A DNA stretch of 48,875 bases, taken from contig JAJDDR010000046.1 of assembly GCA_029260255.1 (NCBI GenBank), positions 1 to 48,875 on the forward strand, written 5' to 3'. This document shows, piece by piece, positions 1-8,946 of the stretch. The position numbers were made by a program, and so were the translations under genes. The notes under the pieces were generated by a model that was not told where the DNA came from, ran no database searches, and saw only the letters and a list, made by a program, of their open reading frames with translations. Each line of letters begins with the position of its first letter. Position 1 is the stretch's first letter. Source of the DNA: Phycisphaerae bacterium. Its GTDB lineage: Bacteria; Planctomycetota; Phycisphaerae; UBA1845.

Positions 1-312
1 CACCTCGCTCGACAGTGCCGACAACTCGGCACTACCGGAATGGGTGCGCTTCTCCGGTGCCACAGGGGTTGCTCCTTCCGCCACGGTGGCTCGCCCTGAG
101 CTACGTCGTACGCTAGCGTCGCGCTGTGGCACTCGCAAGCAAGAAACGTCACTTGTAGCCGTTATTTCTACCATGTCGCGTCCGCCGCAGCCGAGCACGG
201 CACCTTCTCGGTAGGTGCGGGTGTGCAGGATGACGCCGTCGGGACCCAACTCGCGTTTGACCTTGGCCAACGCCTCGCCCATCGTTTTGGCACGGAACTT
301 CCTAGGATTCAT
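1..312 (-). CDS. flhF: Flagellar biosynthesis GTPase FlhF, N-terminal 104 codons only (gene runs off the left edge of the window)
   Basis: Absent from the ORF track because it is open to the window edge. My reverse-strand translation from ATG at 312 reads MNPRKFRAKTMGEALAKVKRELGPDGVILHTRTYREGAVLGCGG..., with no stop down to nt 1. This is the typical FlhF N-terminal B-domain signature. The start overlaps the flhA stop (302-304) by 11 nt, and the position after flhA fits the conserved order. Confidence 0.75.
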   Translation of the reverse strand, partial: MNPRKFRAKTMGEALAKVKRELGPDGVILHTRTYREGAVLGCGGRDMVEITATSDVSCLRVPQRDASVRRSSGRATVAEGATPVAPEKRTHSGSAELSALSSEV

Positions 313-2419
313 CGCTCACCACCACCATGCCGCGTGTCTCGATCCCGACCCCGCGGACAATCTCGTTGTAAGACAGCACCGGCACATGGGGCAAAGACCC
401 CTCCATCATGCGACGTACCCACAATCGAATTCTGGGAGCACAGAGGACTATAGGGGTTTGCCCTTCCATGCTCGGAATCACGCGTTCGATTTCGGATCGG
501 ATCGACTCGGCGATCCGGTTTTGGAGGTTCGGCGGCATGGCCCAGAACGTGCCGCGTTCGTTCGTTTCGAGATGCGCCGCGATGGTTTCCTCGAGCACCG
601 GGTCGAGCGTGATGCAGGCGACACCACCGTTGGCGTTTCGATAAAGTTCGCAGATGGTTCGAGCGAGCGCCGCCCGGACGTATTCCACGAGCACGTCGGG
701 GTCCTTGGTGCGTGGCGCCCAGTCGCCGAGTGTCTCCAGGATGGTCTCGAGATCTCGGACGGGCACACGTTCGCGCAACAGAAGTTGCAGCACCTTCTGG
801 ACTTCGCCGGGTTTGATGACCTGCGGGATGATCTCCTCGATGAGTTTCGGCGAGCGTTCTTTGACGGTGTCGAGCAGGCGGTTGACCTCGTTTCGGGAGA
901 GGAGTTCGTCGGAGTGGCGTTTGATCGTCTCGGTGAGGTGCGTCGACAGAACGCCCGACGCCTCGACAACGGTGTAGTTGCGTTGCTCGGCCTGGGTGCG
1001 CGCGTCTTCGGCGATCCAGACGGCCGGAAGTCCGAAGGACGGTTCGGTGGTGTCGACACCGTGAACCCGGTCCGAGACGGTTCCGGAATCGATGGCCAGC
1101 AGATGTCCGGGCAGCGCTTCTCCCTCCGCAATGCCGTTGCCCTTCATCTTGATGCGGTAGCCGTTGGGCTGGAGTTGGATGTTGTCCCGAATCCGAACCG
1201 GCGGGACGACGACGCCAAGCTCCTGCGCGATCTGTTTGCGCATGTTGGTGATTCTGTCGAGCAGATCGCCGCCCTGCTTGCGATCCACGAGTCGGATCAG
1301 CCCGTAACCCACTTCGAGTTCCATGGGATCGGGCAGGATGAGTTGTTCGGGGCGATCGGCCGGCATCGCTTCCTTGCGTTTGGCCGCCACCTGACTCGCG
1401 GCGGCCGCTTTCTGCGATCGGCTGACGGTGACGCCGATGGCGATGGTCGCGCCGGCCAGTCCGATGAGCGGCAGCTTGGGCAGCGGCGTCATCGCGAGCA
1501 CGAGGAGAAAAACGCCGGCCAGCCCCAGCGCGATAGGCTGATTGGTAAGCTGCTGGACGAGCTCGGTTCCGAGATTGTTGCGCGACGCGGACCGGGTCAC
1601 GATGAGTGCGGCCGCGATCGAGATGACGAACGCGGGGATCTGTGACACGAGCCCGTCACCGATGGTGAGCGTGGTGAAGACGCTGAGCGTCTCCATCAGG
1701 TCCATGCCCTCTTCCACCATACCGACGTACATGCCGCCTAGAATGTTGACGAAGGTGATGATCAGACCCGCGATGGCGTCGCCACGGACGAACTTGCTCG
1801 CTCCGTCCATGGCACCGTAGAAGTCGGACTCTCGCGAGATCTCGTCGCGCCGTTTCCGCGCATCGGCTTCGCTGATCATGCCTGCGTTGAGATCGGCATC
1901 GATGGCCATCTGCTTGCCCGGCATCCCATCGAGTGTGAATCGCGCGGCGACCTCGGCGATGCGCGTGGCACCCTTGGTGATCACGACGAACTGAATGATG
2001 ACGATGATGGCGAAAATGACGACACCGACGATAAGCGAACCGCCCGCCACGAACTCTCCGAAGACGCGAATGACATGACCCGCCGCCGCCGGTCCTTCGT
2101 TCGCGTTGGTGAGAATCAGACGCGTCGTCGCGGTGTTCAGCACGAGCCTGAAGAGCGTCATCGCCAGGAGCACCGACGGAAACGCCGAGAACTCCAGCGG
2201 TCCGTCCATGTACATGACGGTCATCAGAATCACGGCGCCGAGCGTGATGTTGGCCGCCAGCAGGAGGTCCATCAGCGCCGGCGGAAGCGGCACGAGCATG
2301 ACGAAGATGAGACACAGCGAAAAAATGGGGAGCAGGGCCGACGAATGCCGCCCGATGGCCTTGACGAGGTCCTTCGGTCTCAGGTCGCTCAGATTTGCAA
2401 CTCGGTCGCGTGCTGTCAC
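302..2419 (-). CDS. flhA: Flagellar type III export gate protein FlhA
   Basis: 705-aa ORF with a polytopic N-terminal membrane domain carrying the FHIPEP-type stretch VITKGATRIAEVAARFTLDGMPGKQMAIDADLNAG, and a large cytoplasmic C-domain. Flanked by flhB and flhF. Confidence 0.97.
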   Translation of the reverse strand: MTARDRVANLSDLRPKDLVKAIGRHSSALLPIFSLCLIFVMLVPLPPALMDLLLAANITLGAVILMTVMYMDGPLEFSAFPSVLLAMTLFRLVLNTATTRLILTNANEGPAAAGHVIRVFGEFVAGGSLIVGVVIFAIIVIIQFVVITKGATRIAEVAARFTLDGMPGKQMAIDADLNAGMISEADARKRRDEISRESDFYGAMDGASKFVRGDAIAGLIITFVNILGGMYVGMVEEGMDLMETLSVFTTLTIGDGLVSQIPAFVISIAAALIVTRSASRNNLGTELVQQLTNQPIALGLAGVFLLVLAMTPLPKLPLIGLAGATIAIGVTVSRSQKAAAASQVAAKRKEAMPADRPEQLILPDPMELEVGYGLIRLVDRKQGGDLLDRITNMRKQIAQELGVVVPPVRIRDNIQLQPNGYRIKMKGNGIAEGEALPGHLLAIDSGTVSDRVHGVDTTEPSFGLPAVWIAEDARTQAEQRNYTVVEASGVLSTHLTETIKRHSDELLSRNEVNRLLDTVKERSPKLIEEIIPQVIKPGEVQKVLQLLLRERVPVRDLETILETLGDWAPRTKDPDVLVEYVRAALARTICELYRNANGGVACITLDPVLEETIAAHLETNERGTFWAMPPNLQNRIAESIRSEIERVIPSMEGQTPIVLCAPRIRLWVRRMMEGSLPHVPVLSYNEIVRGVGIETRGMVVVSDES

Positions 2420-2451
2420 GGGGTTCCTTATTCTCGTTGGCGTTGCGGTGT

Positions 2452-2477
2452 AAGAAGGCGGGTGGAACCCGCCCTAC
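2452..2477 (-). repeat. REP-like 26-mer GTAGGGCGGGTTCCACCCGCCTTCTT (read on minus strand) in the flhB-flhA spacer; self-pairing GGCGGG/CCCGCC hairpin
   Basis: Identical 26-mer occurs on the plus strand at 40876-40901, and a 1-mismatch 21-nt copy at 40912-40932. Lies in the 62-nt gap between the flhB stop (2482) and the flhA start (2419). Confidence 0.7.
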
Positions 2478-2481
2478 CGGT

Positions 2482-3564
2482 TCACGCAACGGGTACGGGC
2501 GCCGGACCCATGCTTCGTCCGCTCATTTCGTAGATGTACGCGAGCACCTCGGCGACCAATCGGTAGAAGCGCTCGGGTATTTCCTGCCCCACTTCCACCT
2601 CAGCGAACAGCATCCGCGCCAGCTGGGGCTTCTCCACGATGGGCACGCCCGACGCGGTGGCGATGTCGCGGATCTTCTGTGCCAGGTAGTCGGCACCCTT
2701 GGCCACGACCTTCGGGGCGGCCATCGACTGATGGTCGTAGCGAATGGCCACCGCGTAATGCGTGGGGTTGGTGACGACGACGTCCGCCTGGGGTACCGCG
2801 GCGCTGACGCGGGCGGCCGCGAGTCGCATCTGCACCTCTCGCCGCCGCCGCTTGACTACGGGATCGCCCTCCATACGTTTCATCTCTTCTTTGACTTCTT
2901 CCTTGGTCATCTTGAGTTGTTTCTCGTGTCGATAGCGCTGGTAGACGTAGTCGACCAGCGCGAGCACGAGCAGCACCAGTGTGAGTTTGATGCCGACCTC
3001 GAAGACGAGTTTCGCGGCGAACGGAAAGAGATAGGCAAAGTCAAGCCCGTGGGAGTGGAGGAGCTTGTCCAGAATGCCGCGAACGAGCAGCCACGCCACG
3101 CCGATGATGATCGACAGTTTCACTACGTTTTGGGCGAGCTGCACCAGCGAGTGGGGCGAGAACAGTCGTTTGATCCCGTTGATCGGATTGAGTTTGTCGA
3201 GCTTGGGCATCAGGGGCTCGAGCGTAAGCAGCCATCCAACCTGCCCGATGAGCACGGCGAGTCCCACCACCAGCATGGCGATCATCAGCGGAGCGAGCGC
3301 CTTGGCGACGTCGATGACGGACAGCGACGCCAGCACGAGCGCGGCGTCCAGCGTGGCGTCACCGTTGCCGGCGAGCGCCGAGCGCATAACGGCGAGCATC
3401 GTCCGCCAGATGCCGCCGCCGAACAGCGCGAGCCCGACCAGCGCGCCGAGAAGCATGACCGCGGCGTTGAGCTCTTGGCTCCTGGCGACCTGCCCCTTCT
3501 GACGCGACTCCCGGCGGCGTCTCGGGGTTGGTGCTTCAGTTTTGTCGCCGGCATCATCCGCCAT
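2482..3564 (-). CDS. flhB: Flagellar export apparatus switch protein FlhB
   Basis: 360 aa. N-terminus is KTEAPTPRRRRESRQKGQVARSQELN, followed by four TM segments and the autocleavage motif NPTH (VVTNPTHYAVAIRYD). Confidence 0.95.
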   Translation of the reverse strand: MADDAGDKTEAPTPRRRRESRQKGQVARSQELNAAVMLLGALVGLALFGGGIWRTMLAVMRSALAGNGDATLDAALVLASLSVIDVAKALAPLMIAMLVVGLAVLIGQVGWLLTLEPLMPKLDKLNPINGIKRLFSPHSLVQLAQNVVKLSIIIGVAWLLVRGILDKLLHSHGLDFAYLFPFAAKLVFEVGIKLTLVLLVLALVDYVYQRYRHEKQLKMTKEEVKEEMKRMEGDPVVKRRRREVQMRLAAARVSAAVPQADVVVTNPTHYAVAIRYDHQSMAAPKVVAKGADYLAQKIRDIATASGVPIVEKPQLARMLFAEVEVGQEIPERFYRLVAEVLAYIYEMSGRSMGPAPVPVA

Positions 3565-3743
3565 GCTCGCGTTTGCTCCTCACTGCGGTGTCTCAGCCGG
3601 ATAGCATTTTTCCGAGCCCCGACCGCAAGGGAGGGGGCACGCGGAGACACGCTTGGTACCGCTCCCTGACGGTCGCGGCTCGGTTCAGGAAAACAACATC
3701 ATCTCTGAGACACTGCGTCAGAGTCTCGTCTCCCATCCGCGGT

Positions 3744-4529
3744 TCATCCGGCACCGGTCGTTACGACCACGTCGCGAAACATCACGATCGTGTCGACGAC
3801 GGCTTCGTTGATCAGATCGAACGCGTAGGGCAGCGCCAGCGCCGCCATCGTCAGACCGGCCAGCACGCGCACCGCAAACCCCACGGTCAAGACGTTGAGC
3901 TGCGGGATGGTCCGCGACAGCAACCCCATCGTCAGCGACGCCATGAAAAGCGTGATCACCGCCGGGGCGGCCATTCTCATGGCCAGCTTGAACGCGCTGG
4001 TCAGCAATGTTACGAGAAGCGGGAGGAACGACTCGCTCATGCGGAACCCCGCGGGGGGAATCGTGCGGTAGGTGTCGAGCAGGGCGGCCATCATGGCGCG
4101 ATGCCCGCCGATGGCGAGGAAGACCATCAGGGTGACGAGAAAGTACACCTGGCCTACGATGGTGGTCTGGTCGTCCATCATGGGATTGATGACCCGCCCC
4201 AGTGCGATGCCCGCCTGTTGGGCGATGATCATGCCGGCGAGTCGCGTTCCGAGAAAGACGAACCCGACACTCATTCCCAGAATCAGCCCGATCAACAACT
4301 CGCCGAACACGCTGACCAGAACCTCGCCGAGCGGCAGGTTCAGCGGCACGCGCGGCAGGACGATCGGCGCGATCATCAGCGACACCACGAACGCAAACCC
4401 CGCCTTGACACGGGCGGGAACACCGGTGCTGCTGAAAATGGGCGCGGTCAGCGTCAGTCCGCCCACGCGGAAGAGGATGAGCAGAAACGGCGGCAGCAGC
4501 AGCGTGATGTCGACGGCGCGTGTGGGCAT
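3744..4529 (-). CDS. fliR: Flagellar export apparatus protein FliR
   Basis: 261-aa polytopic membrane protein located between fliQ and flhB. The hydrophobic profile and position are typical of FliR. Confidence 0.88.
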   Translation of the reverse strand: MPTRAVDITLLLPPFLLILFRVGGLTLTAPIFSSTGVPARVKAGFAFVVSLMIAPIVLPRVPLNLPLGEVLVSVFGELLIGLILGMSVGFVFLGTRLAGMIIAQQAGIALGRVINPMMDDQTTIVGQVYFLVTLMVFLAIGGHRAMMAALLDTYRTIPPAGFRMSESFLPLLVTLLTSAFKLAMRMAAPAVITLFMASLTMGLLSRTIPQLNVLTVGFAVRVLAGLTMAALALPYAFDLINEAVVDTIVMFRDVVVTTGAG

Positions 4530-4599
4530 TGCGGACAGTTACCTCGCGACGGAGCGTTTCGATCCCGATCGGACTCCCCTGGGAGATCGCGCTTCGGAA

Positions 4600-4857
4600 T
4601 CAGGGAAGCGAGCCGAACATCTCCTGTGCATAATTCAGCATGCGGTTGGCAATCCACGGGATGAAGTAGGTGGCCGCGACAACCATGGCCGCGATCTTGG
4701 GCACGAAGGTCAGCGTCTGCTCCTGGAGTTGGGTGACGGACTGGAAGACCGAGATCACGAGTCCGACGGCCATTCCAATGAGCAGGATGGGCGCGGACGT
4801 CGAGAGCGCCATGAAGAACGCCTCACGTCCAATGTCCAGTGCGGAGCCGAGTTCCAT
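4600..4857 (-). CDS. fliQ: Flagellar export apparatus protein FliQ
   Basis: 85-aa two-TM protein, MELGSALDIGREAFFMALSTSAPILLIGMAVGLVISVFQSVTQLQEQTLTFVPK..., located between fliP and fliR. Confidence 0.92.
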   Translation of the reverse strand: MELGSALDIGREAFFMALSTSAPILLIGMAVGLVISVFQSVTQLQEQTLTFVPKIAAMVVAATYFIPWIANRMLNYAQEMFGSLP

Positions 4858-4894
4858 CGCAGTGTCCTCCTTCGGTCGCCAGCGCCGTGGCGCT

Positions 4895-5743
4895 TCAGAC
4901 GACGACCATGCTGTCGAAACTGTACAACAACGTTTGCACGATCAGATGCCATCCGTCCGCAAGGACGAACAGGAGTATCTTGAACGGCAGACTGATGAGC
5001 ACGGGCGGTAACATCATCATGCCCATCGAAATCAGGATCGAGGCGATCACCATGTCGATCACGAGGAACGGCAGGTAGATCCGAAAGCCCATGACGAACG
5101 CGGTCTTCAACTCGCTGAGGATGAACGCCGGCACGAGCGCGGTTGTGGAAACGTCTCCGAGCACGAGCGGTTGGTCGGCCGCCACGGACTTGCCCGTCGC
5201 GTACTCCTGAAAGAGGTAGATGTCCTCGTGGTTGTTGCTCCGATCGATCTGCCGGAACATGAACTGTCGCATGTGCCCGACGGCCGTTTCGGTTGCGACG
5301 CGTTGGGACATCTTGTTGCTGAGATAGGGCTGGAGTGCGTCGGCGTTGATACGGCTCCACGTCGGTCCCATGACGAGAATGGTCATGAAGAGCGAAAGCC
5401 CGAGCAGAACCTGCCCGGGCGGGAGTTGCGGCGTGGCCATCGCTTGCCTGAGTAGGGATAGCACCACGAGGATGCGCGTGAAGCACGTCGTCATCACCAG
5501 GATGGACGGCACGAGGGTGAGCACCGTCATCAGGACGAGGATCTGGAGCGTCACGCTCACGCCCTCGGCGTCTTTGGCCGAAGGGAGCACGCCGCGCAGG
5601 TCGGGGACGTTGTAGGGATTGTCGAAGGACGCGGTCGACGACGCGTCCTGCCCGTGCGCGACCCCGGGCGCGCAGAGGGCGGCAACGAGCGCCGCGCGAG
5701 CGGTCCACCGCAAGAGGCACTTTGAGCATCCATGCTCGGTCAA
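4895..5743 (-). CDS. fliP: Flagellar export apparatus protein FliP
   Basis: 282 aa. Has an N-terminal signal-like segment, then conserved FliP blocks (LTLVPSILVMTTCFTRILVVLSLLRQAMATPQLPPGQVLLGLSLFMT; FRIYLPFLVIDMVIASILISMGMMMLPP). Confidence 0.95.
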   Translation of the reverse strand: MTEHGCSKCLLRWTARAALVAALCAPGVAHGQDASSTASFDNPYNVPDLRGVLPSAKDAEGVSVTLQILVLMTVLTLVPSILVMTTCFTRILVVLSLLRQAMATPQLPPGQVLLGLSLFMTILVMGPTWSRINADALQPYLSNKMSQRVATETAVGHMRQFMFRQIDRSNNHEDIYLFQEYATGKSVAADQPLVLGDVSTTALVPAFILSELKTAFVMGFRIYLPFLVIDMVIASILISMGMMMLPPVLISLPFKILLFVLADGWHLIVQTLLYSFDSMVVV

Positions 5744-5786
5744 AACGCGCTACTCCTCAGCGCTGCCGCGGCGCCCTCCGGGCGCC

Positions 5787-6617
5787 CTATGCGACACCGG
5801 AAAAGGTGTCAGGATGATCCTTGGGTGAGCGCCCCGTGCGTCCTGCGGGCGAATCGCTCCCGGCCCCTCTTGATCCGGAGGTGCGACTGAACGATCTGAG
5901 CGTGCTCAACAATCCCTTGAGGTCCTCCCGCGTGCGCGCCACCTGGCGGGCGGAGTGCGCAGTCGGCGAAAGCGCCGACTCCACGTGCGCGGTCATCTCC
6001 CCTTGTTCGCCGGCGAGAACGTCGTCGAACGGCAACACGCGCTTCCTGCCAACGTCGCGGCGTAGCTCGGACCTGAGCGCGGCGGACTCCTCGGCGTCTT
6101 CGACGAGGTGAAGCGTCGTCATTCGATCCGCGGTAATGCCGACAAAGGCGAATCGGCGGCCCATCTGAACGAGTGCAATGCTCTGTTTGGGTGAGACGGC
6201 CACCCGGCTGAGAACACTCAAGGCACGCGCACCAGGCGCCTGCGCCGACCCGATGAAACGTCGCGCGAAGAACGCCGCGACCATGACCAGAGCCAGAACC
6301 ACAACCAGCGACATCAGTCCGCTGCGATACCATGGGCGTTCGTTCCGGTCCGCGTTCGCGCTGAATCTGCGGATCGGTATCTGCTTCGTCTCGAACTCCG
6401 GCGTCTGCCGATCGGTCTCCACGGCATCGACACCGACAGGTTCCTCGCCTGCGATCGGTTCGATCTGCAAAGCACCGTTCGGCGACGTATCCAAGACCGG
6501 TCCACCCGGAGGCTCGTCGCCCGCGGCGGCGGTTACGGCGAAGCACGCGGCGGCGAGCACCGTCAGGCATGCCCGAAGCGCGCAGCGGTAAATGTCCGAG
6601 TCAGGCAACTGCGACAT
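5787..6617 (-). CDS. fliO: FliO/FliZ-like flagellar export protein
   Basis: The track ORF (5787-6785) would overlap fliN. The internal ATG at 6617 (MSQLPDSDIY...) gives 277 aa with a signal-like N-terminus, one TM (LMSLVVVLALVMVAAFFARRF) and a FliO-type block SVLSRVAVSPKQSIALVQMGRRFAFVGITADRMTTLHLVED. Sits between fliN and fliP. The start is uncertain. Confidence 0.6.
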   Translation of the reverse strand: MSQLPDSDIYRCALRACLTVLAAACFAVTAAAGDEPPGGPVLDTSPNGALQIEPIAGEEPVGVDAVETDRQTPEFETKQIPIRRFSANADRNERPWYRSGLMSLVVVLALVMVAAFFARRFIGSAQAPGARALSVLSRVAVSPKQSIALVQMGRRFAFVGITADRMTTLHLVEDAEESAALRSELRRDVGRKRVLPFDDVLAGEQGEMTAHVESALSPTAHSARQVARTREDLKGLLSTLRSFSRTSGSRGAGSDSPAGRTGRSPKDHPDTFSGVA

Positions 6618-7614
6618 TTCGCGGTCCCGTAACGATTTCACTGATGCGAACGCAGAAGTTGTCACTGAGGACAAGGACTTCACCCCGCGCAACGAGCCGC
6701 CCGTTGACGACCACGTCGACAGGGTCCCCCGCGAGGTTGTCGAGTTCAACGACGCTGCCTTCTGCGAGCTTGAGGACATCCTCAATGTACATGTGCGTGC
6801 GCCCCAGCTCGATCTGCACGCTCAGGTTGACGTCACGAAGAATGGAGATATCGCGCGAGTCATCGCCGGTGGCGCCTGCCGCAAAATCGGGAAGGTCAAC
6901 CGCCGTGGGTGCGGGTACTTCGGGGGCCGGGGCGGCTGCGTCTTCACCGGCGGCTTCGGCGAGGGCGGCGGCCATCGCGGCGGCCTCTTCGTCAAACGGC
7001 CGCCCCGCGGAATCGAGTCGCGTGTCCGGCGCGGCTTCCGCCGTGGTCCCTGCCAGGGCTGCGTCGATGTCGGCTTGAGATAACTCCCCATCACCGGCCG
7101 CTGGCGCCGGTGCTTCTGCCGCCTCCGACGCACCCTGCAACGCCGCGTCGATGTCGGCCTGGCTCAACTCGCCGGTGTCACCGGCGGCGGGGGGCGTCGT
7201 GTTCGCCGCGTCCGGGGACACCGCGTTGAGCAACGCGTCTATGTCGCTTTGATCGAAAGCACCGGAGTCCGCCGCGGGTTCGGCAGCGTCGGGCAGGGGC
7301 GGTGACGGAGCGTCATCCGGTAGGGCGTTCATCGCCGCGTCGATGTCGGCTTGGTTGAGAACCCCTGACGCGACCGGCTGTTCGCCCGATGGCGTGTCCT
7401 CGCCACCTGTGGAGTCCTGCGAATCCACGTTCCCAGCGTCAGGACCGCCGACATCGGCACCACCCGCGTCCGGCGAATCGGACTGCGCGTTCATCAGCGC
7501 ATCGATCTCGTCCTGGGGAGACGATGCTGCCGAGTCCGGCGCGCCCGCGGGCGGGTCTTCCGCCGGACCCTGCCCGGGCTCCTGCGGGTCCTGGTTCTGT
7601 GGATCGTCGGTCAT
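6601..7614 (-). CDS. fliN: Flagellar motor switch protein FliN with a ~240-aa acidic N-terminal extension carrying five LSQxDIDAL-type repeats
   Basis: The C-terminal ~85 aa form a FliN/SpoA domain (DISILRDVNLSVQIELGRTHMYIEDVLKLAEGSVVELDNLAGDPVDVVVNGRLVARGEVLVLSDNFCVRISEIV). The N-terminal extension is D/E/P/A-rich with five recurrences of xxQxDIDAxxNA. Confidence 0.9.
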   Translation of the reverse strand: MTDDPQNQDPQEPGQGPAEDPPAGAPDSAASSPQDEIDALMNAQSDSPDAGGADVGGPDAGNVDSQDSTGGEDTPSGEQPVASGVLNQADIDAAMNALPDDAPSPPLPDAAEPAADSGAFDQSDIDALLNAVSPDAANTTPPAAGDTGELSQADIDAALQGASEAAEAPAPAAGDGELSQADIDAALAGTTAEAAPDTRLDSAGRPFDEEAAAMAAALAEAAGEDAAAPAPEVPAPTAVDLPDFAAGATGDDSRDISILRDVNLSVQIELGRTHMYIEDVLKLAEGSVVELDNLAGDPVDVVVNGRLVARGEVLVLSDNFCVRISEIVTGPRNVAVA

Positions 7615-7653
7615 ACGCCTGCTCTATCGACGTGAAGCCGCATCCAAAACCAC

Positions 7654-8187
7654 TCAAAGGTTGGTGCGTGACTGCAGCATTTTTGAGATGAGAACCTTCG
7701 AAATCAGCTCCCGTCCGCCCAGCAAGTTGTTCAGTTCCAACTGAAGCTGGCGCTTGATCAACTCCAGCGCCGGATCGTTCAGATGCGCGGGGTCGGCCGA
7801 TCGAATCACCTCCTGCACGCGGTCTTTAATCGACGCCTCTCGCGCCTTCACGAAACGGTCGACCGTCTCAACGTCTTCCGTCGCTACCAGCGCTGCTAAC
7901 TGCAGGTGATAGACGAACAGCTTGCCCTCTTTTCGGTTGAAGGCATCGACCGAGCAGAGCTCGACCTCCGTCTCCTTGTCCAGATTGAAGGGATCGCTTG
8001 TCGCCAGATCGTCTTCGGCCGCGAGCGTGGACTCCGGGGGATCCGCCACGAAACTCATGACCGCGAAGATCAACGCGCCTTCGCCGAGCATGAGCCCGCC
8101 GACGATGGCGAGCGTCTTGAAACGCCCCTTCTTTTGGCCGGCGCTTTCGTTGAGTTCCTCATTGCGGTCGGGTTCATTCTTCGCCAT
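7654..8187 (-). CDS. fliL: Flagellar basal-body-associated protein FliL
   Basis: 177 aa with a single N-terminal TM (LAIVGGLMLGEGALIFAVMSFV) and a FliL-type C-domain (LFVYHLQLAALVATEDVE...IKDRVQEVIRSADPAHLNDP...LKRQLQLELNNLLG). Located downstream of motB. Confidence 0.85.
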   Translation of the reverse strand: MAKNEPDRNEELNESAGQKKGRFKTLAIVGGLMLGEGALIFAVMSFVADPPESTLAAEDDLATSDPFNLDKETEVELCSVDAFNRKEGKLFVYHLQLAALVATEDVETVDRFVKAREASIKDRVQEVIRSADPAHLNDPALELIKRQLQLELNNLLGGRELISKVLISKMLQSRTNL

Positions 8188-8935
8188 AGCGCTCCTCCCG
8201 TTCTTCAGTCTGAACAGGTCTGCCGGAATAATCGCCCACGACCGCCTCCGTCACGACGATCTCCACGCGCCGGTTCAGCGCCCGCCGCGCCTCGGTGTAG
8301 GCTTGGGCGACCAGCGGTTCGCTGTCGCCGACCCCGACGATGCGCAGCCGCTGCGGACGGATGCCGCTGCGCTCGAGCGAGTCGGCCACAGCCCGAGCGC
8401 GAGCGATCGACAGGTCCATGGCATCGCGGAACGGCGACTCCGGCGGCAGCGGTTCCAGGGTCGCGTGCCCGCGAACGCGAATAATCGTGTTGTGCCCGAC
8501 GACCTTCGCCGCCAACTTGGCGATCAGGTCGGCGGCCTGCGGTTTCAGTTCCGCGCCGAATCGATCGAAACTGATACGTCCGCCGACCTGCAGGCTGATG
8601 CCCTCGCGAACGTTGGTGACGCGGAACACGCGTCCGTCGATGCCCTCTTCGTCGGAATCGCCCTCGTGTTTGACGCGATCGGGCAGGGTGATGTTGTTCA
8701 ATTGCTCGACCAGACTGTTCTTGCTGGTGCTCATTATGGGCACGACACCGATGCTCCCGTCGTAGCCGAAGGCCGCGCGGATGGAGTCCATGACCTCCTG
8801 AAACCTCTGGTCCTTCTTCATCTCGCTCATCGACACCAGGATGACGAAGAAGCACAGCAGCAGCGTCATCATGTCGCCGTAGGTCACCATCCAATCCGGC
8901 GCACCCTGCGGAACTTTCTTCTCTCTCTTGGCCAT
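8174..8935 (-). CDS. motB: Flagellar stator protein MotB (OmpA-like C-terminal domain)
   Basis: 253 aa. N-terminus is GAPDWMVTYGDMMTLLLCFFVILVSM, which includes the conserved plug/Asp region. The C-terminal OmpA-type block is RARAVADSLERSGIRPQRLRIVGVGDSEP...NRRVEIVV. The stop overlaps the fliL start by 14 nt. Confidence 0.92.
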   Translation of the reverse strand: MAKREKKVPQGAPDWMVTYGDMMTLLLCFFVILVSMSEMKKDQRFQEVMDSIRAAFGYDGSIGVVPIMSTSKNSLVEQLNNITLPDRVKHEGDSDEEGIDGRVFRVTNVREGISLQVGGRISFDRFGAELKPQAADLIAKLAAKVVGHNTIIRVRGHATLEPLPPESPFRDAMDLSIARARAVADSLERSGIRPQRLRIVGVGDSEPLVAQAYTEARRALNRRVEIVVTEAVVGDYSGRPVQTEEREERYGEE

Positions 8936-8946
8936 CGCAAGCGTCC

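Noticed and set aside
3589-3708. Recurrence of GTGTCTC/GAGACAC (3589, 3643, 3702, 20108-20120) in flagellar intergenic regions.
   Set aside because: A 7-mer is expected ~6 times in 2 x 48.9 kb by chance. The flanks do not extend the pairing. Only the 20105-20123 hairpin stands on its own.
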